Origin: a bacterium
Lineage (GTDB): Bacteria > RBG-13-61-14 > DATKZS01
Direction of reading: 5' to 3'
DNA length: 64,000 bases
NCBI GenBank assembly: GCA_963674965.2
Contig: CAXXFL010000004.1
Span: 192,001-256,000, forward strand
Shown: in pieces, positions 30,163 through 40,336 of the stretch
Numbering within the stretch: position 1 is the stretch's first letter
How the letters are laid out: the number at the start of each line of letters is the position of its first letter
Notes under the pieces: generated by a model
What the model was told of the DNA's origin: nothing
Seen by the model: only the letters and a program-made list of their open reading frames with translations
Database searches by the model: none
Program-made: the position numbers and the translations under genes

Positions 30163-31257
30163 CTAATGTTTCTTCGAGGTCCGTCGCTGAAGTTCGGCGA
30201 GTTCTTTTAAAGGACGTTCCTGAAGATTAAGCCCACCCGAAGCGGCTTCCCAGCGATATACGCTCGCCGGAGTGACGCCGAGTTCGCGGGCGAATTGCGC
30301 GACGGACATCCCCATTTTCTTGCGCAGCCGGGCAATGGACTTGCCAGTGGGACGAATCCTTGGCAAGGGCTGAGAATTGGTTTTGGCGGAGGCGCGAGAG
30401 GTTTGGGCTTGTCTGATTTTTTCCGGATTGGCGGCTTTTTGTGAATTCTTTCGCTTTTTGGAGGGCGCCTTTGTTGATTTCCCGGCGGCGCGGGAAGGTC
30501 TTTTCGTTTCCTTGGTTTTTCCTGGACCTTTTTTTCGATCTTCGCTTTCAGTATCGATATCTATACCGAAAATGTCTCCCAGTTGTTCGTCAGCGATCGT
30601 ATCGGCGGCGTCGCCCGCCTGGGCCTTGGGCAGGGATATCCCGGCGGAAATGAGTTCTTGCGCGTCCACTCCTCGCAGTAAAAAAAGTAACTCGGGCCTG
30701 TCGTCGAGCCGGCTGCCCACTCCGTAAAGAACCGCGGCCACATGTTTGCACATGACCGCCCAATCGGGACAACTGCACCTTAGTTTTATCTCACCGGGCT
30801 TGGGGAAAAGTCCATTTTCGCGGTCGGTCACGATGGCCATTACCTGGTCCGAGAGTTTGCCCTTGAGCAGCTCCAGCATCGAACCGATCCGACCGGAACA
30901 CTTTTCCTTGATGGATTTCCATTTCTTGTCCTGGAGTTTATCGATTCTGATGGAAACGCCGTATAGTTCGGTACCGCTGACAATGGCGTCGATCCGGCCG
31001 GCTTTAACTTCGAGGTGACAGACCGAGCCGTTGCGCACATAGGCGCGGCCCCGCGGCAAACGGTTTTCAAAATCGGAGAAAGATTCGAGATGGTCGCACC
31101 ATCCCTTGCCCCAGAAGCTGCGCGCGATAGTCCTTCCGCCAATTTCGACTGGACAGACGTCTTTTCCCTTCTTGCGAAGTTTATTCATCTCCCTAAGCGC
31201 CTTGGCTCGCCGTTCCGCCACCGAGACGTACCTGGGATATCCGTTCCAATAAGACAT
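30163..31257 (-). CDS. SWIM zinc-finger protein with C-terminal Cro/C1-type HTH
   Basis: RLPRGRAY, CSCPD..CKH SWIM motif, and MSVAQFARELGVTPASVYRWE HTH. Confidence 0.88.
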   Translation of the reverse strand: MSYWNGYPRYVSVAERRAKALREMNKLRKKGKDVCPVEIGGRTIARSFWGKGWCDHLESFSDFENRLPRGRAYVRNGSVCHLEVKAGRIDAIVSGTELYGVSIRIDKLQDKKWKSIKEKCSGRIGSMLELLKGKLSDQVMAIVTDRENGLFPKPGEIKLRCSCPDWAVMCKHVAAVLYGVGSRLDDRPELLFLLRGVDAQELISAGISLPKAQAGDAADTIADEQLGDIFGIDIDTESEDRKKGPGKTKETKRPSRAAGKSTKAPSKKRKNSQKAANPEKIRQAQTSRASAKTNSQPLPRIRPTGKSIARLRKKMGMSVAQFARELGVTPASVYRWEAASGGLNLQERPLKELAELQRRTSKKH

Positions 31258-31267
31258 GTGCTACACC

Positions 31268-33958
31268 TTACATTGTCGCCCGATTCACGTCGAGCCGGAC
31301 AAGTTCGATCAGTTCATCGTCGGGCAATTCCGTCAACTTAACCTCACCGTCCGTGGACAGTATTTCATCCGCTAATTTCCTCTTTTCCGAAATAAGGGCG
31401 TCAATCCTCTCCTCGACCGTTCCGCTTGTAATGAACTTATGCACCAACACGTTGCGCTTCTGGCCGATGCGAAAGGCCCGGTCGGTGGCCTGGTTTTCCA
31501 CGGCCGGGTTCCACCACCGATCAAAGTGGATCACGTGAGAGGCCGCTGTTAAATTAAGCCCCGTTCCTCCTGCCTTCAATGACAGGATAAAAAATGGCGG
31601 CCCGTCGTCATCCTGGAACTCGTCGACTATGAACTTACGCTTTTTGACGCTTGTGCCGCCGTGCAGGATCAGTCCGGGCCGTCCGAAAACCCCGGCCAGG
31701 TGGTCCGCCAGCGGCTCGATTATCTCACGGAACTGGGTGAAGACCAATACCTTGTCCTGCCGCTCGGCCAGCTCGGCGCAAATATCCGCCAGTCGGAGGA
31801 ACTTGCCGCTATCCGTCGGATTGTACTCGCCATCGCCGGTAAGCTGACTGGGGTGGTTGCATATCTGCTTCAGGCGTAAAAGAGATTGCAGAACCAGGCC
31901 GCGTCGCTCGATTCCGTCGGATGACTCCAGCGAACGCTTCATGGCCCGCACGGTTTTTTCATAAAGCTTTATCTGCCGTTTGGTGAGAGTGCAATAGCGC
32001 TGCGTTTCTATTTTATCGGGAAGGTCCGCGATAATCTCGCGGTCGGTTTTCAGCCGGCGCAAAATATATGGACTGACCAGTTGGCGAAGCGGAGCGAATT
32101 GATTTTGCTCACGCCCCTGGCAATGAGCCACGAAGGACTTGAAAACCTTGGCCGATCCTAGGAGACCGGGATTGAGAAAGTCGAAAATCGACCACAAGTC
32201 GCCAAGGCGGTTTTCCACGGGCGTTCCTGTCAGCGCGACGCGAGCGTGGGCGGCCAGCTTCTTGACCGCCTTGCTTTGGCCCGTCGAGGGATTTTTTATC
32301 GCCTGGGCCTCGTCGAGAATAACAATCCGCCAATCCCGCTCGTGGAGCCATTGCTGCCTTGGCGCCATGGAATAGGTAGTAACGACAAGGTCCGCGTCGG
32401 CCAGATAATCCGTCGGCGATTCTTCCATTTTTTTCAAGGTTGCCCTGTCGGTCATCGCCGGATGAGTGAACACAAGTTTCAGTGATGGAGAAAAACGCTC
32501 GGCCTCGTTCTTCCAGTTTCCCAGAAGCGAGGCTGGAACCACGAGAAGCGACGGTCCGCTCCTTTCCCGCGCTCGATCTCGCCGAAGGCAAAGGAGCAGC
32601 GCCAGGACCTGTATGGTCTTACCAAGCCCCATATCGTCGGCCAGGCAGGCGCCAAGCCCCAATTCAGCCAACAACCTCAGCCAGGACAGCCCCTCCCTCT
32701 GATATTGTCTGAGTTCGGTCCTCAAGTCCTCCATTTGATCGACGGAGGACAATCGCCCCGGTTCCCTTAAACTGGACAGGACGTCGCGCATGGCGGAACC
32801 GGCGGTGATATGCACCCATTGACGTTCCTCTTCCAGCCGGTCCTCCTGCTTGAGGTCCAGGGAGGCCCCGGCCAACAGGCGCATACCCTCGATAAAAGAA
32901 ATCTCATCTCCCTTTAACTGTTTTCTGAGAGTCTCCCAGTGCTCGATGGCCTCCTTAAGCCTGTCGCGGTCGACTTCGATCCACTGGCCCTTAAAGAATA
33001 CCAGCCCATCCTCGCGGTCGAGCAGGCTCGTCACTTCCTCCGGCGTTAGCGATTCATCGCCCAGGGCAACGTTCAGATTGAAATCCAAAAGGGCGTCCAT
33101 CCCAAGGGTCGCCTTCTTCTTTTCGCCGATCGTGATCGACACCCGTGGCCGCTGGCGTTTCTTCCACCAATTGGGCAAACGCACGGACAGGCCGCACTCT
33201 TCGAGAGTGGGGACGCTTTGTAAAAACCCGTATGCCATGGCTTCGTTCCAGGCCATGGGGCGGTAGATATCGGAGGACTCCACCAGTTCTTTCACCCATT
33301 CGATTTTTTCCGTTGCCCGCTGAACCGGGGACAGAAGCTTGATAAGTGCCGCGCGGTTGCGCGCTCCGGCGTACTGATCGAGGGCCTTGGAAAGAGGAAG
33401 GTATTTCAGGCGTCCCGCGGTCCCGAAGCCGGTGGTGAAAGTGGCCATGAACGCAAAAGGCCGAGCAGGGTCGTTTTTATTTTCAGCCAAATGAAAACAG
33501 ACGCGGCCGACTTGGCGCCACTTCGGCGCCCGCGTCTCGAGAAACGCGTTCAGTCCCCCATCCTCGGCCACGGTCTCGCGAGCCCAATTGTCCAGGGCCT
33601 CCCAAATGTCTTCCAGCGTTTCCACTGAAAGATACTCCCCGCCTTTCATGGGAGGAGCCGACAAGAGAAGAGATGCAAACTCCGAATAGCCAGGCGGCGC
33701 GATCTCGAAGGAATCGGCCTCCTCGGGGATGTGGCATAAACCGGTGAGATATCGGTCGGACAAATCCTTCCAGTAGCCGGCGGAAGGCGATCCAATCAAA
33801 TCGATCTTGTCCGCGGCCAGCCTGAAAAGCCCCTCCCGCCAGTCATCCTCGAAGGCTTTTATCAGCGCGGGAGGTAACGATCGTTCGATCTCGCCTTCAA
33901 CCCGCTCCAGGCGAAGGCGTCCCCCCGGCGTAAGCCATATTTCCACGATGGCGCCCAT
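31268..33958 (-). CDS. SNF2-family helicase/ATPase
   Basis: LADDMGLGKT, DEAQ, TGTPVEN, GGTGLNL and QATDRAFRIGQ motifs. Confidence 0.95.
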   Translation of the reverse strand: MGAIVEIWLTPGGRLRLERVEGEIERSLPPALIKAFEDDWREGLFRLAADKIDLIGSPSAGYWKDLSDRYLTGLCHIPEEADSFEIAPPGYSEFASLLLSAPPMKGGEYLSVETLEDIWEALDNWARETVAEDGGLNAFLETRAPKWRQVGRVCFHLAENKNDPARPFAFMATFTTGFGTAGRLKYLPLSKALDQYAGARNRAALIKLLSPVQRATEKIEWVKELVESSDIYRPMAWNEAMAYGFLQSVPTLEECGLSVRLPNWWKKRQRPRVSITIGEKKKATLGMDALLDFNLNVALGDESLTPEEVTSLLDREDGLVFFKGQWIEVDRDRLKEAIEHWETLRKQLKGDEISFIEGMRLLAGASLDLKQEDRLEEERQWVHITAGSAMRDVLSSLREPGRLSSVDQMEDLRTELRQYQREGLSWLRLLAELGLGACLADDMGLGKTIQVLALLLCLRRDRARERSGPSLLVVPASLLGNWKNEAERFSPSLKLVFTHPAMTDRATLKKMEESPTDYLADADLVVTTYSMAPRQQWLHERDWRIVILDEAQAIKNPSTGQSKAVKKLAAHARVALTGTPVENRLGDLWSIFDFLNPGLLGSAKVFKSFVAHCQGREQNQFAPLRQLVSPYILRRLKTDREIIADLPDKIETQRYCTLTKRQIKLYEKTVRAMKRSLESSDGIERRGLVLQSLLRLKQICNHPSQLTGDGEYNPTDSGKFLRLADICAELAERQDKVLVFTQFREIIEPLADHLAGVFGRPGLILHGGTSVKKRKFIVDEFQDDDGPPFFILSLKAGGTGLNLTAASHVIHFDRWWNPAVENQATDRAFRIGQKRNVLVHKFITSGTVEERIDALISEKRKLADEILSTDGEVKLTELPDDELIELVRLDVNRATM

Positions 33959-34062
33959 TGATTCTTGACCAGATTCCTTTTTACTGAAGATATTATCGTC
34001 CTAATCAAGATACCCGACAAGGCCTATATATCAAATTGAACCGGGCAATTGGATAAATTATT

Positions 34063-34253
34063 CAGCCTCTTGCAAAAGTCCCGCTTTGGAGTCCCGCGCT
34101 GGAGCGCGGCGGCTCGGCGCCGCTTTTCTTCCGAGCGGCTTGACGCTAGGCAAGCCGTTGCATTAGACCTTGTCAAGCCAAGGCCATCGAAAGCGGTCTC
34201 AAGCGATTGCAAAGCGGCTATGCAGCCAAGAAAAAGATTTTTGTAAGACGCTC
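34063..34253 (-). mobile_element. MITE-like element with internal REP-type palindromes (copy 1)
   Basis: Imperfect terminal inverted repeats CAGCCTCTTGCAAAA / TTTTGTAAGACGCTC; reverse-complement similarity to 48843-50478. Confidence 0.75.
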
Positions 34254-34371
34254 GTATGACGCTGCAATCTTTGAAGCGTGCCATCCCCCGTCCGAGTCCC
34301 CGACTTGCGGGACGGGCGGGATTGTTGTATTCCCATGTTGTATGATCTTGACCGGTCCCTGGGGAGGATGG

Positions 34372-35410
34372 ATGAAAAACTCCGGATTATTTATCACGCT
34401 GGCGTGTCTTGTCGTCGCGTCACTTTTTTCCGGCCTGGGCCGGGCGGGGGACTCTTACCAGGACTTCGAGCCCAGGCTGATCATCATCGACGACGACGTG
34501 GGCATGCTGAAGTCGGAGGTGAAAAAGGACGGGCCCGTCCAGGCGCCATGGATACCCATCACCGACCCCGACGGCGGACTCGAGCTCATCTACGCCCTGC
34601 GCGACCCGAGCGTCAAGGTCCTGGGCGTGACCTGCGCCATGGGCTGCTCCTCCACGGAGGTATGCATGAAGTCCGCGGCCAGGATACTCGAGTACACCGG
34701 CGACCAGGACGTGCCCGTGCTGAGGGGGGCCGACTCGGCCGACGACCTGGGCAAGCCCACCGAGGCCGCCCGCTTCATCGTGGACGCGGTCATGTCCAAT
34801 CCCGGCAAGGTCGAGATCATCGCCACGGCGCCCCTCACCAACGGCCCTGATGCTCGAGCCCCGGCTGCCCGAGAACTGGCTGGCCCTGCACGTGGGCACG
34901 GGAGAGTTCGTGGGCGCCCTGGGCCACTATTCCGAGCTTGGCGAGTACGCCCGCCGCTTCGGCTACAAGGACTTGAATATTAACGTGGACCCCAAAGCCG
35001 CGGCTTACGTGCTCGACCGCGGTGGCGACTTCATCCTCTATCCCAACGAGATCATGGACGACGCGTCCCTTTACAAGCGCCACCGCGATGAGTTGAAGGA
35101 GTCGCCCTCCCCTCTCGCCAAATGGGTCGCCTCGGAAATGACGCCCTACGCCCCCATCATCGCGGCCATCGGGGCCGTGACCGGCGCGGGCAAGGGCATG
35201 CCCCTCCACGGCGTCATCCCCGCGGCCGCGGCCCTGGACCCGACCCTGGCCGAGCCTCCCGCCGAGCTCCGCTTCAAAATGGAATACGGCAAAAAGGGAG
35301 GCTACCGCTTCGTAATCACCGACGACCCGGAAGTACCCAAAAGAAAGGTATACGCTAAACTGGCCGACCCGGAAGAACTGGAGAAGAGGCTGGTGGAAAG
35401 ATTGAAGTGA
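34372..35410 (+). pseudogene. Nucleoside hydrolase (IU-NH family), frameshifted near 34843
   Basis: IIDDD..DPDGG and ATAPLTN in one frame; ALMLEPRL..NINVDP..PLHG continues in another frame. Confidence 0.75.
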
Positions 35411-35698
35411 GATTGTATGTTTTCAAAGCGCGTCCGCCGGTGACTTTAATTCTTGGCCCATGGCAGTTCTACAACGATCTTTATTCATCAAACATAATTC
35501 CATCTTTCTCCTTATTAATTCGTCTTTTAAATGAATTAAGTTCCCCGATGAGATTCTCGTCTTTACATAAGTAATTATTTTGGTATATTCGGAATTTAGA
35601 GTAGTTCATATTCACACGGGAGATTTTGACAATATGGGCACATTTCCTGGTGAATTGACGTTAAAGTATACCTGATTGAATTAAAGGAGTCGGGAACG

Positions 35699-36721
35699 AT
35701 GCGTCACAATTGCCCGTCACTATTTTACATTATCGTTTCAGCTTTTTTATTGAATGCGCTGCCAGGAGTGAATCAACGGACCATTGCCGCCGATAAGGAG
35801 GATGAGCTTCGGCTATTCATCGACTGCCATTTTATAAATGATTACATGAATTTTATTGAAAAACGCCCGGAGAGTTCTTTTGCCGATGACTCCTTAATTG
35901 AAATCTCAAGGATTCACCTCCGAAATGGGGATATAGACTCAGCAATATCGTCACTTGAGGCGATAATCAGGGATTATCCCGATTCCTGCCTGCACAGGCA
36001 CATATTTCTTAATGATATACCTGATGAACAATGGATGGCGCAGGGATGGGAAGAATATTGCGAATCAAATCCAATCCCCACGCCACAATGGGCGGAGCTT
36101 CTACTGGCGGATATATATTTCTCAGAAAAAAAAGAACCTGAAAAAACCAAGAACATACTGTTTGAATTATTGTCGAGGACCCGGAAACCTATTAATCCAA
36201 ACCTTGAGATTCCCGCCATTATTTACACTGAGGATATAAGAAGCCGGGTGTTGACGTTATCCGGTAGAGTGGCCAAGAAGACCGGTGATGATGAATGGTT
36301 AAAAAAAATAGAGGCTCTTGTAATAGAAGAATATGGAATCGATCCAATATATGCGACCTCAATTATGCCTCTATTAGAGCGCAAGAAAAGAATGATTGCC
36401 AATTCCATTTTGGAAAAGAAGAAGGGGCCCCAACCGGAAGTAACGACGCCCGAGAAACCCGGGGCAAAAGACAGGTCCACTTCCCAACCAACTAAAGAGC
36501 AGGATAAAGATAAAACGGCAATCCCCGATTCGGGGGATAGCAAAAAAATCGATCAAGATAAAGACAAGAATAAAAGTCAATCATCATCAGCGGAAAAGAC
36601 CGCCGGTAAAAGCTGGGCAAAATTTCCGTGGCCTTTAACGGGCTGGGCGGTCCTTCTTCCCATGTTGGTATTTCTATTCCTTAGCGTCAGAAAATCGATG
36701 AAGAAGACGAACGGTAAATGA
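35699..36721 (+). CDS. AT-rich exported protein with TPR-like segment and C-terminal TM anchor
   Basis: Signal-like N-terminus, AISSLEAIIRDYPDS TPR-like repeat, low-complexity linker, C-terminal TM helix; AAGGAG RBS. Confidence 0.7.
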   Translation: MRHNCPSLFYIIVSAFLLNALPGVNQRTIAADKEDELRLFIDCHFINDYMNFIEKRPESSFADDSLIEISRIHLRNGDIDSAISSLEAIIRDYPDSCLHRHIFLNDIPDEQWMAQGWEEYCESNPIPTPQWAELLLADIYFSEKKEPEKTKNILFELLSRTRKPINPNLEIPAIIYTEDIRSRVLTLSGRVAKKTGDDEWLKKIEALVIEEYGIDPIYATSIMPLLERKKRMIANSILEKKKGPQPEVTTPEKPGAKDRSTSQPTKEQDKDKTAIPDSGDSKKIDQDKDKNKSQSSSAEKTAGKSWAKFPWPLTGWAVLLPMLVFLFLSVRKSMKKTNGK

Positions 36722-37092
36722 TAAGGCGTTATAAAATCATGGTAAAAGGGGAAAACGAAATGAAGCCAATAAAAATTTACGGTAAGGCATGTCTGTTTAT
36801 CGCCATAATAATAAATATACTCGACGGTGATTGCGGATTTAAGGTAAAGAACGCCCCTACGCGTTCCTTATCAATGGCGCGGTACCAAACGCCTTTGCGC
36901 TTGAATCCCCGGGGATACAGATATCAGTGGACAAGATGGCGAAGAGCGGTGCAAAGGCGAGGCGGCGAGAGAGGCGCGGACCTCGGCCCATCCCCCTGCT
37001 CGGGAACCGCGGTTTTTTCAAACCGGACGGGTCGAAAGGACCTTAGCATCGAGGTTGAAGATAAAGAGGACAATAAAGAGAAGGTAGAGAGG

Positions 37093-37461
37093 TCAGCCCA
37101 GTACTTTCCGCACGTGATCGATAATGACGGATATCTCGAAGGGCTTCTCGATGAAATAGCGGGCGCCGATCTTTTTTCCCCTGGCCACGGTCTCGGGGTC
37201 GGAATGGGAGGACATGAAGATGAAGGGGATGTCCCGTGTCTCGAGGCGGTTCTGGATGGCCTCGCAAAGCTCGAGCCCGTCTATCTTGGGAAGCTCGATG
37301 TCCGCCAGGATAAGATCGGGTTGAAAGTTTTCCATGTCCCGAAGCGCCTCGAATCCATTGAGGGAGACCTCGACCTCATACCCGGCCTCGGTCAGCTCGT
37401 CCTGGATCATGAAGGCGATGGTCGGGCTGTCCTCCACTATCATTATTTTTCCGCCGCTCAT
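37093..37461 (-). CDS. Single-domain response regulator (CheY-like)
   Basis: IVEDS, ILADIELPKIDG and FIEKPF motifs. Confidence 0.9.
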   Translation of the reverse strand: MSGGKIMIVEDSPTIAFMIQDELTEAGYEVEVSLNGFEALRDMENFQPDLILADIELPKIDGLELCEAIQNRLETRDIPFIFMSSHSDPETVARGKKIGARYFIEKPFEISVIIDHVRKVLG

Positions 37462-37618
37462 TCAATCCACCCGTTATCTAAATATTTAACTTGAAATCGA
37501 TATTTTTTCAAGCCGAAGGGGAAACAAGACCAGGGCGGGCAAGCCGCGTTCCCTTCCTTTGCGCGTCTTTGCTTTCGCGGCCCCTCCCGGATATGATTAT
37601 CCTGAGAAGGAGGATCGG

Positions 37619-38467
37619 ATGACCTTTCGACACGTTTGGAAAATCTGCGCGCCCCTGGCGATTATTCTTATGGTCCTGGCCGGCGCCGGCTGCAAGAGTT
37701 TATTGAAAAAAGCCTATCGCGACCCCAAGGTCAAGGTCGTCGACGTGGCCTTGACCGACGTCTCGACCAGCGGTCTCGAGCTGGGGGTCAACGTCGAGAT
37801 AGACAATCCCAATCCCATCAAGGTCAGCTTTTCGGGCATGGAATACGACCTCGTGGTTGACAACCTTCCCATGGCCAAGGGCAGAAAAGACTCGCTTATC
37901 GAGATCAAGGCCTCAGACAAGACCAACGTGACCATCCCGGTGGAGCTCAACTACAACCAGATGGCGGCGGTCTATAACTCGTCCATTGTCAAGGACCGGG
38001 TACCTTACACGCTCAGCGGCAAGGTCTTTCTCAACACTCCCGTGGGCTCGGTCCCTCTCCCCTACCAGGCCAGCGGGACCATGCCGGTGGTCAAGCCCCC
38101 GACCCTCCGGGGCGTGAAGAACCGGACCAACAGCCTGTCCACCGAGGGACTGGACATGACCATGACCCTGGTGCTCGACAACCCCAACGGCTATCCCCTG
38201 GTGCTCCAGAACCTCGAGTACCAGCTCAACCTGAACGGACAGGAATTCAGCTCGACCCATTCCCAAACGCAAACCCTGCCCGCCAAGGGAAGGGGAGAGG
38301 TTAACCTGCCGGTAAAGCTGAATTTCAGCAGCCTCGGCCAGTGGGCCGTCTCGCTGGTGACCTCCGGCCAGGCAAGTTACTCCCTCAAGTACCGGGCCAC
38401 GTTTATCATCGACGGAAAGCCCGTAAGGCAAACCGAGGTCAACCAGGGAACAATTAAGCTAAGATAA
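37619..38467 (+). CDS. Lipoprotein with two LEA_2 (WHy) domains
   Basis: Lipobox GAGC; two DNPN motifs. Confidence 0.85.
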   Translation: MTFRHVWKICAPLAIILMVLAGAGCKSLLKKAYRDPKVKVVDVALTDVSTSGLELGVNVEIDNPNPIKVSFSGMEYDLVVDNLPMAKGRKDSLIEIKASDKTNVTIPVELNYNQMAAVYNSSIVKDRVPYTLSGKVFLNTPVGSVPLPYQASGTMPVVKPPTLRGVKNRTNSLSTEGLDMTMTLVLDNPNGYPLVLQNLEYQLNLNGQEFSSTHSQTQTLPAKGRGEVNLPVKLNFSSLGQWAVSLVTSGQASYSLKYRATFIIDGKPVRQTEVNQGTIKLR

Positions 38468-38492
38468 ACGACTTATATAAAAGGAGTACAAA

Positions 38493-39347
38493 ATGAATTT
38501 TAATAAATTTAGCCAAGTCCGCTCGCTGGCGGCCGTTTTCGCGTTGGTAATACTGGGGGCCGGTTGCCCGGACGTTCAGGACGTGATCGAACAAGTTGGG
38601 GGGGAACCCGAGGTCAAGGTAAAAGACCTGGTAATAACGGGAATATCGGCCAAGGCCCTGGACCTGGCGCTTTCCATGGAAGTGGACAATCCCCTTCCCG
38701 CCGAGATAAACCTGGCCGGCATGGATTACGATTTGCAACTGGCCGGGTCGAAGATGGCCGGCGGGGAGTCCAAAGACCCCATGCAGATCAAGGCCATGGA
38801 TAAAAGCGTTTTAAAGGTCCCTTTTTCTTTATCCTACAAGGACGTGCAGAACGTATACGACGCGGCCAAGGGAAAAGACGAGATACCCTACCAGGTAAAG
38901 GGAACGGTCAAGCTGGCCACGCCGGCTGGAGACCTTCCCATCCCCTACGACGTCAAGGGCAATCTGCCGGTGGTCAGGCCCCCCACCATTAAAGGCGTCA
39001 GCGCCGACGTGAAGAAATTCGACCTCTCCGGCGCGTCCATGGACATGAAGGTAAAGCTCTACAACCCCAACTCCTTTGACCTGGATATAAACAAGCTTGA
39101 TTACAAGGTCACCCTCGAGGGCAAGGATTTCACGCGCTCGAGCGGCAAGGGACAGTCGGTGAGTTCCAAGTCCGAGGGAGAGCTGGTCGTGCCCATGGAC
39201 ATGGACTTCTCCGGGCTGACGACCTGGGCCGCGGCGCTCGTTACCAAGGGCAAGGCGAGCTACGACCTTGAATATAACGCCACTTACAAAATGTTCGGTT
39301 GGGACGTAAACCAAAAGGAAACCTCGAAAGGAAACCTGAAAATATAA
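38493..39347 (+). CDS. Lipoprotein with two LEA_2 (WHy) domains (tandem paralog)
   Basis: Lipobox GAGC; DNPL and YNPN motifs; collinear with the upstream gene. Confidence 0.85.
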   Translation: MNFNKFSQVRSLAAVFALVILGAGCPDVQDVIEQVGGEPEVKVKDLVITGISAKALDLALSMEVDNPLPAEINLAGMDYDLQLAGSKMAGGESKDPMQIKAMDKSVLKVPFSLSYKDVQNVYDAAKGKDEIPYQVKGTVKLATPAGDLPIPYDVKGNLPVVRPPTIKGVSADVKKFDLSGASMDMKVKLYNPNSFDLDINKLDYKVTLEGKDFTRSSGKGQSVSSKSEGELVVPMDMDFSGLTTWAAALVTKGKASYDLEYNATYKMFGWDVNQKETSKGNLKI

Positions 39348-39367
39348 TCCACCTGGAGAAGCGATCC

Positions 39368-40288
39368 ATGCTGACGAGAAGAAAAGTACACGTTGACGGC
39401 GATTTGATTCCATTCAACAAGATGCTGGTCCACGTGATGAGTCACTCCTTTTGCCGGGGGTCGGCCATATTCGAGGTCATAAGCCTGCACCAAACCGACA
39501 AGGGCGCCTGCGTCTTTAGGCTTGACGACCACGTGAAGAGGCTTTTTCGCTCGGCCGAGTTGGTCCACATGCCCCTTCCCTACTCGATGAAGAAGTTCAA
39601 GGACGCGGTCAAGGAAACGGTCCGGGTGAACAAAATCGAGAAGGGCATGGTCAAACTCATGTGCTATTACGGCGGCGTCGAGTTCGAGGTGGTCCCTCGC
39701 AACCCGGCGGTAACGGTGGCCGTGGTGGCGGTGGACCCCGAAAAGGACCTGGGCGCCGAGCGCTTCAACAAGTCGCTTCGAAAGCCGGCCGCGGTCATGA
39801 CCTCGAGGTGGCGCAAGGTCCCGCCGAGCTCGACGCCGGTCGAGTGCAAGTGCGCGGCGAGCTACATGGGGGGGACCATCGCCAAGATAGAGGCCATCAA
39901 GGAGGGGTACATGACCCCCCTTATGCTCGACGATAAGGGCTACGTGGCGGAAGGGCCCACGGAGAGCCTGTTCATGGTCAAGAACGGAAGGCTCATTACC
40001 GCGCCCCTGGGCAAGATATTGCCCGGCATCACCAGGGACACCATACTTACCCTGGCCCGGGAATACGGCATCGACACGGTCGAGCGCAAATTCAAGCCCG
40101 CCGAGCTGTACAAGGCGGAGGAGGCCTTCTTCACCTCCTCCGTGGTCAAGGGCTGGCCCATATGCAGGATCGATAAGGCGGAGTATAACGCCCCCGGCGA
40201 GGTAACCCGGCTGCTGGACGGGATCATCGACAAGATACTGGACCGGAAGGTTAAAAGATTCAACAAATGGCTGGTTCCGGTGAAATAA
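39368..40288 (+). CDS. Class IV aminotransferase (branched-chain aminotransferase-like)
   Basis: FRLDDHVKRL, KCAASY, ILPGITR and EAFFTSS motifs. Confidence 0.9.
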   Translation: MLTRRKVHVDGDLIPFNKMLVHVMSHSFCRGSAIFEVISLHQTDKGACVFRLDDHVKRLFRSAELVHMPLPYSMKKFKDAVKETVRVNKIEKGMVKLMCYYGGVEFEVVPRNPAVTVAVVAVDPEKDLGAERFNKSLRKPAAVMTSRWRKVPPSSTPVECKCAASYMGGTIAKIEAIKEGYMTPLMLDDKGYVAEGPTESLFMVKNGRLITAPLGKILPGITRDTILTLAREYGIDTVERKFKPAELYKAEEAFFTSSVVKGWPICRIDKAEYNAPGEVTRLLDGIIDKILDRKVKRFNKWLVPVK

Positions 40289-40336
40289 GAGAAAGCGGCG
40301 CTTGACGCCGCCATCATATCCGACGGGAAAGACCGA

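Noticed and set aside
30080-34300. Integrative element at tRNA-Thr with attL/attR
   Set aside because: No integrase and no repeat of the tRNA 3' end were found in the window
34846-34852. Selenocysteine UGA read-through in the nucleoside hydrolase
   Set aside because: The TGA is not in either coding frame; the defect is a frameshift. No in-frame UGA selenoprotein was recognised in the window
36718-37494. 258 aa plus-strand ORF
   Set aside because: Its 3' half is the antisense of a clear response regulator; only the short N-terminal stub may be a real fragment
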